NCBI GenBank assembly: GCA_031263445.1 | Contig: JAISFV010000186.1 | Coordinates: 321-64,320 of the forward strand | DNA: 64,000 nucleotides | From: Synergistaceae bacterium | GTDB lineage: Bacteria > Synergistota > Synergistia > Synergistales > Synergistaceae | Direction of reading: 5' to 3' | In this document: positions 18,388 to 27,165 of the stretch, in pieces | How positions within the stretch are numbered: position 1 is the stretch's first letter | Layout of the letters: each line of letters opens with the position of its first letter | Position numbers and translations under genes: made by a program | The notes under the pieces: generated by a model | The model's input: the letters and a program-made list of their open reading frames with translations, nothing else | What the model was told of the DNA's origin: nothing | Databases searched by the model: none

Positions 18388-20193
18388 TTACGCCTCTGCC
18401 TGCGACCTCTTTTTTGCGCTCCTTGACCTCCGCCTGCCGGCGGTCTTGGGCGCGGGCGTGTCATTGGGCTTATCCGCATCGACGGTGATGACCATCGGTA
18501 TTATGGCAGGGTTGGCCCTGAAATTTCGCGACATCACCTCACGGACCCGCTTCCGGATCTCGGCCGTGAGCAAATGACGCTCCACGGCGCCCGCCCGCGC
18601 GGCGTCGAGGGCCTTTGTCACAGCTTGTTCCATGTCCGGGGTCATATTGTCCCTGTCCATCGCGAAAACGCTGCCCTTGCTTTCTATGCGCACGGGCGCG
18701 ATGAGCCTGAGTTCGTCGTCCGTCACTACCGAGAGCGTCAGGACGCCGCTCTCCGACAGTTCCTTGCGGTCTCGCAAGAGGCTCCCCTCGAACTCCCCGA
18801 GCATCATGCCGTCCACCAGTATTGCGCCGGACTGGACTCTCCCGCCTGTCCTGACCTGGCCCTCTCCTTCGAACAAGAGGGTGTCGCCGTTCTGCAGGAT
18901 GAATACGTTCTTCATCGGTATGCCCATATCGCGGGCGAGCTGGCCGTGGCGGACGAGGTGCCGGTACTCCCCGTGGACAGGCATGAAGTACCTAGGTTTC
19001 ACGAGGCTCAGCAGTATCTTCTGCTCCTCGCGCGAGGCGTGTCCGGAGACGTGGATGGCCTGGCTCCTCTCGTATATGACGTCGCAGCCGCACGCGAAGA
19101 GCCTGTTCACGGTGTTGCTCACGAGTTTCTCGTTACCAGGTATCGGGGTGGCCGAAATGACCACGAGATCCTTAGCGCCCAGGCGGACCTGACGGTGCTC
19201 TCCCTTGCTCATGAGGACGAGGCCTGAGAAGGGCTCGCCCTGGCTCCCAGTCGTCAAGACTACTGTCCTGTTCGGGGACAGCTTCTCTGCCTCGGCGGAG
19301 GTCAGGATGAGATCGTCTTGCACGTCCATGTATCCGAGCCTGCGCGCGAGATCGATGTAGGACAGCATGCTGCGTCCGACCAGGACGACCTTACGGTTAA
19401 AACGGGACGCCGTCAGGAATACCTGCTGCGCCCTGTAAAGGTTGCTCGCGAACGCCGCGATTACGATCCTCTTGTCCTTGTGCGAGCGGAATATTTCCTC
19501 GAACGACTTAGTGACGACGGACTCCGAAGGGGTAAAGCCTGCCCGTTCGCTGTTCGTCGAGTCAGCCAAGAGGAGCAGCACCCCCTCCTTGCCCAGTTCA
19601 GCCAAGGCCGCGAGATCCGTCCCCTGCCCGCCGACAGGCGTTGCGTCGAGCTTGAAATCGCCGCTGTGGAGGATCGTGCCGAACGGGGTGCGGACAAACA
19701 CCGCGAGCGAGTCAGGGATGGAGTGCGAGACACGTATGAAACCGACCTCGAAACGACCTGCCTTTACCGTCATCCCTGCCTGCACCTGACGGTAGTCAGG
19801 CTTGTACGTCAGACGTGCGTCCAAGAGTTTGTTCTCCACCAGGCCAAGCGTGAGCGGCGTGCCGTAGAGCGGCACGTCCAGGCGCGGGAGCACGAGCGGT
19901 ATTGCCCCGATGTGATCCTCGTGGCCGTGAGTCAGGAAAATCCCCTTTATCCTGTCACGCTTTTCCACCAAATACTGGACGTCGGGGACGACGAAGTCGA
20001 TCCCCAGCATCTCCTCCTCCGGAAACTTCATCCCGCAATCTATGACTACGATCTCATCGCCGTACTCTATGGCCGTGATGTTCTTGCCAATCTCGCCGAG
20101 CCCGCCCAGAGGGATTATCCTCAAGCCGCGGCTCGTTTTTTTCTGCGCGTCCGCAGAGGGCTTCCCTGCCCGTTTTTTTCTTGTCGTTGTCAT
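18388..20193 (-). CDS. rnj: Ribonuclease J
   Basis: IIPLGGLGEIGKN and the HGHEDHIGA beta-lactamase/beta-CASP core. Lys/Arg-rich N- and C-terminal tails. Confidence 0.9.
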   Translation of the reverse strand: MTTTRKKRAGKPSADAQKKTSRGLRIIPLGGLGEIGKNITAIEYGDEIVVIDCGMKFPEEEMLGIDFVVPDVQYLVEKRDRIKGIFLTHGHEDHIGAIPLVLPRLDVPLYGTPLTLGLVENKLLDARLTYKPDYRQVQAGMTVKAGRFEVGFIRVSHSIPDSLAVFVRTPFGTILHSGDFKLDATPVGGQGTDLAALAELGKEGVLLLLADSTNSERAGFTPSESVVTKSFEEIFRSHKDKRIVIAAFASNLYRAQQVFLTASRFNRKVVLVGRSMLSYIDLARRLGYMDVQDDLILTSAEAEKLSPNRTVVLTTGSQGEPFSGLVLMSKGEHRQVRLGAKDLVVISATPIPGNEKLVSNTVNRLFACGCDVIYERSQAIHVSGHASREEQKILLSLVKPRYFMPVHGEYRHLVRHGQLARDMGIPMKNVFILQNGDTLLFEGEGQVRTGGRVQSGAILVDGMMLGEFEGSLLRDRKELSESGVLTLSVVTDDELRLIAPVRIESKGSVFAMDRDNMTPDMEQAVTKALDAARAGAVERHLLTAEIRKRVREVMSRNFRANPAIIPMVITVDADKPNDTPAPKTAGRRRSRSAKKRSQAEA

Positions 20194-20320
20194 TCAGCTA
20201 ACCAACTCCTCATCCTGAAAACAGGATAAAAACCCGAGATCCCGCCATAAACCAGGCAAGCATACACACACTGCCGGTCACGGCGGCACCACGGCCCGTC
20301 AAGCCTTTAAAGGCTATAGT

Positions 20321-20357
20321 ATCACAAAACACCCGCCCTTGCGAACGCAAGCGGGCG
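20321..20357 (-). terminator. Putative intrinsic terminator downstream of the 20478-20972 gene
   Basis: Minus-strand hairpin CGCCCGCTTGCG/CGCAAGGGCG followed by GTGTTTTGTG. Confidence 0.5.
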
Positions 20358-20392
20358 AAGCGATTTGCCGTTATTCCAATCTGAAATCAAAT

Positions 20393-20465
20393 GCTTAAAG
20401 GGCAGAGCGTCAAAACCAAACCAATCTGGAGAACCGCTCGGCCACGCCATAAACGGCCTATTGAC
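20393..20465 (+). repeat. Intergenic repeat family, degenerate copy H
   Basis: GCTTAAAGGG, GTCAAAACC and CCATAAACGGCC align loosely with copies B and C. Confidence 0.3.
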
Positions 20466-20477
20466 CGCGAACTGACA

Positions 20478-20972
20478 TTATCGCTTATATCCGATGACGC
20501 TGCGGAGGAGGTTCTTCCTCCACTCCTCGCCTGAGGCGTCCTCCACGCCCACCGGAGAGCCGCCGTCTATCACCCCGACGATGCCCCTGCCCTGATCGCT
20601 CTGCGCTATGATGACCTGGAGCGGGTTCGCAGTGGCGGCGAAGACGCCGCAGACTTCCTGTACCGCCTTGATGCGCTGGAGCACGTTGATCGGGTAGCCG
20701 TTTTTCAAGACGACGACAAACGAGTGCCCCGCGCCGATCTTAAGCGCGTTGCGGACGGCGCACTCCACGAGCCCTGGGTCGTTGCCGTCGCGCCTCACGA
20801 GCTTTTCTATCGATGCCTCGCAGAACGCCACGCCGAACAAGAGGGACGGGGATGACGTCACGAGCGTCTCGAAGATGTCCTCAACGGTCTTGACGAAGTG
20901 GCTCTGCCCTACGATGACGTTGCAGCCCTCCGGTATTTCAACGCTTTCAAGCACGAGCTTCAGTTCTGACAT
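20478..20972 (-). CDS. Adenosine-specific kinase family protein (PF04008-like)
   Basis: 164 aa from MSELKLVLESVEIPEGCNVIVGQSHFVKTVEDI. The family is recalled from memory. The upstream part of the track ORF was dropped. Confidence 0.6.
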   Translation of the reverse strand: MSELKLVLESVEIPEGCNVIVGQSHFVKTVEDIFETLVTSSPSLLFGVAFCEASIEKLVRRDGNDPGLVECAVRNALKIGAGHSFVVVLKNGYPINVLQRIKAVQEVCGVFAATANPLQVIIAQSDQGRGIVGVIDGGSPVGVEDASGEEWRKNLLRSVIGYKR

Positions 20973-21047
20973 CGCGTACACCTCCAAAAAAAAACCCCGG
21001 CTCCTAAGTCGGGGTAATGTTGACCGCAAACTTGTCGTAATCTTGCG

Positions 21048-21497
21048 CTAGTTGCCGCTCTTTGGCCTCTTGAGCTCCTGCACCACGTCGTCAGTGATGT
21101 CCACTCCGCCGTAGAAGAGCGCCGTCTTGTCCACGACCACCGTCACCTGCTTCGCCGTCGCGACTGTGCGGACAGCGAGATCGATGTCCTTGAACAGGGG
21201 CTGCATCAGCTTCTGCTCCTCCTCGGCGATCTCACGGCGCATCGTCTGGAAGATCTCCGCCTTTTTGTTATTGTCCGTTTCTTTGTCGATAGCAACTTTC
21301 GCCTGTTCCTGTTTGCTGTCCGCTATTTCCTTTATCTGCTTGAGGGTCCCTTCGTACTTCGGGTGCTGAAAAAGGACCCTTTGCGGATCAATGCCCCCTA
21401 CCTTCTCCTCGGCGGCGGCCGCCTGCGAGGCTGCAAATGCCCCAAAGAGCAGCGACAGCGCGAGAACCCACAAAAATCTCCTCGATGATGTTTGCAT
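21048..21497 (-). CDS. OmpH/Skp family periplasmic chaperone
   Basis: Signal peptide plus a charged coiled-coil core; 149 aa. Confidence 0.8.
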   Translation of the reverse strand: MQTSSRRFLWVLALSLLFGAFAASQAAAAEEKVGGIDPQRVLFQHPKYEGTLKQIKEIADSKQEQAKVAIDKETDNNKKAEIFQTMRREIAEEEQKLMQPLFKDIDLAVRTVATAKQVTVVVDKTALFYGGVDITDDVVQELKRPKSGN

Positions 21498-21540
21498 GAT
21501 AAAAGCCTCCCCTTAACTTATTGCACACCACAACAAGCAT

Positions 21541-21570
21541 ATTCTACTAGCCTTCATTTATGCTGTCCAA
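21541..21570 (-). promoter_or_regulatory. Candidate sigma70-type promoter for the skp-like gene
   Basis: Minus strand TTGGAC-18 nt-TAGAAT, about 45 nt upstream of the ATG. Confidence 0.35.
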
Positions 21571-21589
21571 GTATAATTGCGTATTGAGA

Positions 21590-22765
21590 TTATCGTGCAG
21601 CGTGTTCAGCCTCTAAGCGGGCGACCGCGCCCACCAGCGTCCGGGCGACGAACAGGACGTCGCCGTCCTCCATGTCCGTGTAGACCGGCAGGGATATCTC
21701 GCCCGCGGAGAACGCCTCCGCTTTCGGAAAATCGCCGGGGGAGAAGCCGAATCTCTCCCTGTAGTAGGTGTGCAGGTGCACTGGCACGTAATGCACCTGT
21801 ACGCCTATGCCGTTTTCCCGCAGGGACTCGAATACGGGCCGCCTGATGCCTGGGCGTACCCATACCGGGAAGAGGTGATACGAGTGCCCTGGGTGGTCAG
21901 GCGGCAGCTTTATGTCTTTTGCGCCCTCGCCCGCGAGCGCCTCGCGGTACAATGTGGCTATCTCCCGCCGCCTCCCTACGAAGCGCCGGATCCTCTTGAG
22001 CTGGCTCTGCCCCAGCGCCGAGGCGACGTCTGAGAGCCTGTAGTTGTAGCCGATGCCGGTCATGTCGTTGTCCCACGGTCCCTCGTAGGGCCTCACGAAA
22101 TCCCCAGGAGACTTGGTTATGCCGTGCGCCCTGAAGAGCCTCATCCGGTCAGCGAAGCGCTTCGAATTCGTCACCACCATGCCCCCCTCTGCCGTGGTGA
22201 TGTGCTTCACGGGGTGAAAGCTGAACACGGTCATATCAGCCTCTGACCCAACCTTCGCCTCACCTCTGGACGCACCCAGGGCGTGGGCCGCGTCTTCTAT
22301 GAGGACGGCGCCGGCGCGCGAGGCGAGTTCCCTGAACGGTTTCAAATCCACGGGGTACCCGGCGTAGCTCACCGGCGCCAGCGCCCTGACCGGCGCGCCC
22401 GCGTTCTGGCAGACATCCTCCGACAACAGAGGGTCGAGGCAGAGGGATCCCTCAGAAATGTCGGCGAAGAGCGGGCGGGCACCGCAATAGACCGCGGCGT
22501 TCGATGTGGCCGCGAAAGTCAGCGGCGGGACGAGTACGCAATCGCCAGGCGAGACGCCCGCCGCGTGCATGGCTCCGTGCAGCGCCGCCGTCCCGCTGGA
22601 GAACGAGACGGCATATGACGCCCCCGCGTACTCCGCCACTGCGGCCTCGAAACTCTCGACTGCCGGCCCCGTAGTGAGCCACTCGCCCTTGAGGACATCC
22701 AGCACGGCCCTGATATCGTCCTCGTTTATGCTTTGATGCCCGTATGGCAGATATTTCCCTGGCAC
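21590..22765 (-). CDS. DegT/DnrJ/EryC1/StrS family sugar aminotransferase (PseC-like)
   Basis: HQSINEDDI, WLTTGP and the SFHPVKHIT PLP-lysine region. Confidence 0.85.
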   Translation of the reverse strand: MPGKYLPYGHQSINEDDIRAVLDVLKGEWLTTGPAVESFEAAVAEYAGASYAVSFSSGTAALHGAMHAAGVSPGDCVLVPPLTFAATSNAAVYCGARPLFADISEGSLCLDPLLSEDVCQNAGAPVRALAPVSYAGYPVDLKPFRELASRAGAVLIEDAAHALGASRGEAKVGSEADMTVFSFHPVKHITTAEGGMVVTNSKRFADRMRLFRAHGITKSPGDFVRPYEGPWDNDMTGIGYNYRLSDVASALGQSQLKRIRRFVGRRREIATLYREALAGEGAKDIKLPPDHPGHSYHLFPVWVRPGIRRPVFESLRENGIGVQVHYVPVHLHTYYRERFGFSPGDFPKAEAFSAGEISLPVYTDMEDGDVLFVARTLVGAVARLEAEHAAR

Positions 22766-22820
22766 CCAGGATCCCTCCGTTTCGCAAAAACCGTCAGGGG
22801 CGTACCCTCTTCATATATTA

Positions 22821-23564
22821 TCACCTGAAATCAATCGTGGCGCGCCTTATCTTCTCGTGATCCCACGCGTCCCGCTGCCCCTGGGTGTCGATCGTCTTGA
22901 GGGGGATTATCCTTCTGAAGTCGGAATATTGCTGGAGCTTGATGTCAGGGAAACCGGACTCACGGATCGTGGCCACTATCGTATGGAGCCCTGACGTGCG
23001 TGCTACGTTGAGCACGGGAACCATGTCGGTGTCCTTCGAAAAGACCAAGATAGTGTCCACTTGCCTGTGAAAGGAGACGTGCGAGATGTCAAGGCCGATG
23101 AGCATGTCCACCTGTTTCTGGACCAGGTTCGGGCGTCCGTTCGCCTCAAGGTTCTGGCAACGCTGCTGTCCGAGCCGCAGCGAAAAATAATCGCTCTTCA
23201 TCAGGTTTTCCTGAAATTCCCTCGCCATCTCATACGTGTACTCGTGCTTTGCCTTCGGGGAGCTGTTTATGTTACCGGTAACCTCCGGGGTGAACCAGTA
23301 TTTCTGGAACAGGCCAAGCTCGGCGGTCCCAGAGTATCTCCTGGAGTTGACGCAGAACGACTCCACCTCGTCGGCCGTCATGGGCAGGGCTGTGTACAAA
23401 AAGATGCGGAACAAGCGCTCGCGCGGAAGGAGGAAGGAGTGGAACAGGTACGTGAGGTGCTGCATGTTGTTGCAGTCAAATGCCAGAGACCTGTCCTTCT
23501 TCATGGTGACGGAAAGGCATCCGTAAAAATTTTGCCAGTCCACAAAAATAGCGACCTTATCCAT
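22821..23564 (-). CDS. NYN (LabA/PIN-like) domain protein
   Basis: N-terminal VAIFVDWQNF and VDMLIGLD...ILVFSKDTDMVPVLNVAR motifs. Good RBS (AAAGGTGG). Visibly lower GC than the flanks. Confidence 0.75.
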   Translation of the reverse strand: MDKVAIFVDWQNFYGCLSVTMKKDRSLAFDCNNMQHLTYLFHSFLLPRERLFRIFLYTALPMTADEVESFCVNSRRYSGTAELGLFQKYWFTPEVTGNINSSPKAKHEYTYEMAREFQENLMKSDYFSLRLGQQRCQNLEANGRPNLVQKQVDMLIGLDISHVSFHRQVDTILVFSKDTDMVPVLNVARTSGLHTIVATIRESGFPDIKLQQYSDFRRIIPLKTIDTQGQRDAWDHEKIRRATIDFR

Positions 23565-23617
23565 AGTCTATACCACCTTTACCGGAAATCAATCGAAGGG
23601 ATTTTCGACCGATCTCG

Positions 23618-23658
23618 CAAAAAAAATCGCCGGATGACGTGTATACACACCACCCGGC
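23618..23658 (-). terminator. Intrinsic terminator/attenuator inside the NYN-gene leader
   Basis: Minus-strand RNA GCCGGGUGGUGUG-UAUA-CACGUCAUCCGGC (13 bp including G-U pairs) followed by GAUUUUUUUU. Confidence 0.6.
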
Positions 23659-23694
23659 CTTAAGATACTTTCTCGCTCCTGAGGAGCTAGGTAA

Positions 23695-23746
23695 TTTTTA
23701 TCACCCCGGGCTATGTTTGTCAAGGAGAAACGCGAAAATTTGTCAA
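23695..23746 (-). promoter_or_regulatory. Candidate promoter with duplicated TTGACAAA boxes
   Basis: Minus strand TTGACA (23723-23718), 17 nt, TAAAAA (23700-23695). A second TTGACAAA lies 23 nt upstream. Confidence 0.4.
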
Positions 23747-23784
23747 GCATAAAAACCACAAAAAATATTAGCGTAAAAATACAT

Positions 23785-24213
23785 TTAAAAACCAACGATA
23801 TGTGCAATAACGCTCGGGCGCGCCCACCTTGAAGCTGTCCGTATCACTGCTTCGGTGTCCGCAGCGATGTCAGAGAGGTTCTTGAATTCCATGGCGACGC
23901 TCTCCGCGCCGCCGAAAGTTTCCGCAGCCGCTCTGCCCGCTGCCGATATTTCGTCTGCCAAGTTGCCGATGTTGCCCTGTATGAGATTGGCAGAGCCGAA
24001 AATTCCGCTGCTTGAGGCTACCTGTTGCTCCGCCGCTGCCATGACGGCCTGCACAGGCTCGTTGACCCTGCCTATTCCGATAATAGTATCCTCCAGGTTC
24101 CTCCGAGATTCCTCAGCCTTTACAACGATTTTTGAAATACTGCCGGCGGATTCCTGCTTGGAACGGAGGCCGGCAGGGAGGCCGTTGTCAGCAGCGCCGT
24201 CATGGTCTGTGAT
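23785..24213 (-). pseudogene. Remnant of a methyl-accepting chemotaxis protein (C-terminal signalling-domain fragment only)
   Basis: The open frame reads ...SKIVVKAEESRRNLEDTI..AAAEQQVASSSGIFGSANLIQGNIGNLADEISAAG..., like the distal MCP helices. The conserved hairpin tip, HAMP and TM regions are absent. An in-frame TAA lies at 24216-24214. Confidence 0.45.
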
Positions 24214-24401
24214 TTAGGGGAGTGCTGATGACGATGAACTGGAAATCTTTATTTTACAGACTTGAAATACATCCGCCGAGGACTCGCAATGCCTGATTTT
24301 TTTCAAACTGGCATAACGGCCTTTACGTGGCGCTGCTTCTGGAGTAATGTATTGCTCGCGTAAACCGTGCGGGGCTGGTCTGCCCGGATTCGTATTCTTA
24401 T

Positions 24402-24504
24402 GGAAACGCTGATTAATCAGCCTTTTCATGTACGGCGTTTTGCAGTTTAGGAAGGCGTATCAGCAGGGGTTTAAATCTCCATCCGTTAGTCTCCTGACAG
24501 TAAA
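24402..24504 (-). repeat. Intergenic repeat family, copy E (closest to copy G)
   Basis: Minus strand TTTACTGTCAGG..GGAGATTTAAACCCC..CCTTCCTAAACTGCAAAACGCCG..CTGATTAATCAGCGTTTCC. Confidence 0.6.
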
Positions 24505-24537
24505 TCTGCCTTTCTTTATACCGGAGGGGTGTTCGCA

Positions 24538-25464
24538 ATGCCTGTGTGGGGTTTCCTGCTGTGCCTGGTCGCGGCCTCGTGTTGGGCGGTCTCGCCCATC
24601 TTGATCAAAATCGGGCTGCGGAGGGCGGGTCCGAACGAGGTGAGCCCCATCAGATCCATAAGCTACTTCGCGACGATGCTGGCGATCATGGTCATCTTCC
24701 AGCCAGGGCGCTGGCCCGCTCTCACGCCGCTGATGATGCTCGCCGTGTTCGCGAACGTAGCCACTTCGTCGGTCTTGGGCGATCAACTGTACATATACTC
24801 GATCAACAAGATCGGCGCGTCGCTCGCCGTGTCGGTCAACTGCGCCTACCCGCTCGTTACGGCGGCCGTCTCTATTTTCGTGCTGGGCGAGGAGATCACG
24901 GCGCTGATCTGGGCAGGGACGGTATGCATCATAGTCGGCCTTTTGCTCGTGACCCAGGGGGTAAGCAAAAAAAAGAAAGAGGCGGATCCGGACAGGAAAA
25001 GGGAGCTGGCCGCTAAGACGCTCATGGCCGGCATCGCCCTGGCGGCCGCTTCGGCAGTCTGCTCCGGCGTCAACAACCCTTTCATCAAGGTAATAATGCG
25101 CGAGGGCGGCTGGAGCCCGGTTGAGACGTACTTCCTGCGCAGTGCGGCGTATGTCGTGATAGTCTGGGGCGTCAGGTTGATCCAGTGGCGCAAGTTCCCG
25201 CACATCGTCATGCCGCTTTACAAAGTGCGGCTGAAGGCATGGCTAGCGCTGCTCTGCGGCGGCTTTGTCGCGCTCGCGATGGGCGGGGTCCTCTTCGGGA
25301 TATGCGTGAACGTGCTCCCCGTGTCCGTCGTGACGCCCATAACGGCGTCGAGCCCCCTCATGACGGTCATCATAGCGAGGCTGTTCTACAAAGAAAAACT
25401 TACAAAGGTACAGAACGCGGGGGTCGTTTTCGTCGTGTTCGGATCCATCGCCGTCAGCCTCTGA
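24538..25464 (+). CDS. EamA/DMT family transporter
   Basis: Ten predicted TM segments in two EamA-like halves. ATG 24538 is preferred (GGAGGGG RBS) over the track GTG at 24529. Confidence 0.8.
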   Translation: MPVWGFLLCLVAASCWAVSPILIKIGLRRAGPNEVSPIRSISYFATMLAIMVIFQPGRWPALTPLMMLAVFANVATSSVLGDQLYIYSINKIGASLAVSVNCAYPLVTAAVSIFVLGEEITALIWAGTVCIIVGLLLVTQGVSKKKKEADPDRKRELAAKTLMAGIALAAASAVCSGVNNPFIKVIMREGGWSPVETYFLRSAAYVVIVWGVRLIQWRKFPHIVMPLYKVRLKAWLALLCGGFVALAMGGVLFGICVNVLPVSVVTPITASSPLMTVIIARLFYKEKLTKVQNAGVVFVVFGSIAVSL

Positions 25465-25882
25465 CGTCCACCTTGTGCGAGGGGCCGCTCTCGCCTCTCA
25501 CCCGCACGGACTCAGGCGTCTCCTGCTGCGGCGCAGCGCTCATGGGTGCCGCGGCTTGAGGTACGGGTGCAGGGATCCCCTGGACGATGGACACGACGGT
25601 GTTATGGATCTCGTCCAGCAGCTCCGGCCCTATGATCTCTTCGCCCGCCGGCGGGCGCGGCGTCCCTTTGAGGGCGTACCACTCGTCCAGTATCGTCTCC
25701 ACGCCGTTCATGAACTCGACTGACGCCTCGGCGAACTGCCGTTCGTAGTATTCCACTAGTTCCCTGTTCTCGTTCGCCCTTGCTGTGTCTATGCGGCTTG
25801 TCAGCGTTTCCAGCCTTGCTATCAAGCTGTCCGTCTCCTTGGCTATGACCCTTATGCGCTCCTCTGCCTGAGCCGTTTCCAT
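25454..25882 (-). CDS. Hypothetical protein (helical N-terminal half, Pro/Ala-rich tail)
   Basis: Good RBS (GGGGGGA, 8 nt) and coding-like composition. I recognise no family. Confidence 0.55.
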   Translation of the reverse strand: METAQAEERIRVIAKETDSLIARLETLTSRIDTARANENRELVEYYERQFAEASVEFMNGVETILDEWYALKGTPRPPAGEEIIGPELLDEIHNTVVSIVQGIPAPVPQAAAPMSAAPQQETPESVRVRGESGPSHKVDVRG

Positions 25883-25941
25883 ATGGCTCGTCCCCCCCTT
25901 TATTTAACGAATTTATAAACGGACCTGCCCGCCATGTCGCG

Positions 25942-27150
25942 TCACTTGGGCGGCCCCTTGGCCCAGTCGGCTATCCTCGAGGCCAAGGCGGCCGAAGCGC
26001 CGCGCTCGTGGGTGAGTTCCCAGAACGCGCGCTGTATGCGCTTGAGCTCCGCTTCGTCGCCCAGGAGGCTGACCGCCTTGGCGGCCACGTCCTCTGCCTT
26101 GAAGAACCCCCTTATTTCAGGGGCTATCATTTTCTTGGCCATCTTGTTCGGCAGGCTCACGAAGTCCGTCCTCTCGTTGAGCCGCACGATATAGTCCTTT
26201 TTGAGCTTCCTGACGCCGGGGAGCCAGAGAGGCAAAAGGCCCGGGAGTCCGTCGAGCGGGAATTCGTCGGCCTTGTCAAGGGGCAGTATCATGATGAACG
26301 GGACGTACAGGGCTGCCGCCTGGAGGTTATTGGTGCCAGGCACCGCTATCGCGAGCTTGCTGCAGACCAGCGATTCGAGTGACCTCCCCCTGACTACTGT
26401 CCCCCACCGGCCCTCGCCAAGCCCGATAGAATGAACCCTGCTCGTGCCTATCCGCTCGATCCCTGCCTCGTCGAGCGCCTGTTGCAGCAGGTCGTCGCGC
26501 ACTGTCGGCGCGAGCGGGAAGAGAACCCTGTGATCCGGGAATTTCTGGGTCACCAGCGATGCCACGCGGGCTAAGAAAGGCGCTGCGTTGCAGTACTCGA
26601 CGGGTCTGCTGCCCGTAAGGCAGGAGATGACGGGCTCGCCTGGCTGAAGGCCCAGGATCTCCCGCGTCTCCTCCTCGCTCTCGTTCACAGCTACGCTGTC
26701 GAGCGCTAAATGCCCGATAGCCTCGTATTTTCCCTTCGGCAGGCCGGAGATGGCAAACCGCCGCGCTGCGTCGCCGTCAGGCACGAAAAACCGCTCTACA
26801 AGCCTGTTCCAGCCAGGTCGCCCAGAATAAGCCCACATCGGCGCGCCGATCTTTTTCGCGAGGCATGCGGCGAAGAAAAGGTCACCGCCCAGGCGCAGCA
26901 CCAGCTTTTTGCCCCCTGACGTCTCCACGGCGCTCATATCCCCTATGCGGAAGCACCTGTCGGCGCCAGTTTCGCCGCAGAGCGCCAGCTCCTCCCCGCT
27001 CGCGTACTGGCAGGGCAGTATTACGACCGAAATCCTGCAATTCCATATGCGGGAACGGATTTCGCGCACCACAGGCGCTACCCATCCAGATATCTCGCCT
27101 GGAGAGTTTGCCGTAATATACAGATCCAGCGAAAAGTCGGACGCCCTCAA
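25942..27150 (-). CDS. Lipid-A-disaccharide synthase-related glycosyltransferase (LpxB-like, GT19)
   Basis: N-terminal ITANSPGEISGW and AVPGTNNLQAA motifs resemble the LpxB-related family. The assignment is moderate. Confidence 0.6.
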   Translation of the reverse strand: MRASDFSLDLYITANSPGEISGWVAPVVREIRSRIWNCRISVVILPCQYASGEELALCGETGADRCFRIGDMSAVETSGGKKLVLRLGGDLFFAACLAKKIGAPMWAYSGRPGWNRLVERFFVPDGDAARRFAISGLPKGKYEAIGHLALDSVAVNESEEETREILGLQPGEPVISCLTGSRPVEYCNAAPFLARVASLVTQKFPDHRVLFPLAPTVRDDLLQQALDEAGIERIGTSRVHSIGLGEGRWGTVVRGRSLESLVCSKLAIAVPGTNNLQAAALYVPFIMILPLDKADEFPLDGLPGLLPLWLPGVRKLKKDYIVRLNERTDFVSLPNKMAKKMIAPEIRGFFKAEDVAAKAVSLLGDEAELKRIQRAFWELTHERGASAALASRIADWAKGPPK

Positions 27151-27165
27151 AGCCGGCGGGTCAGG

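Noticed and set aside
22826-23593. The 11-mer GAAATCAATCG occurs at both 22826-22836 and 23585-23595.
   Set aside because: Both copies lie by stop codons of different frames and no similarity extends beyond the 11-mer. I treat this as coincidence or an uninformative remnant.
23589-23807. 72-aa ORF with a hydrophobic N-terminus (MHISLVFKCIFTLIFFVVFML...), which could be read as a small membrane toxin.
   Set aside because: It spans the predicted promoter, the leader hairpins and the terminator of the NYN gene. Its hydrophobicity comes from a T-rich non-coding tract, and I saw no RBS.
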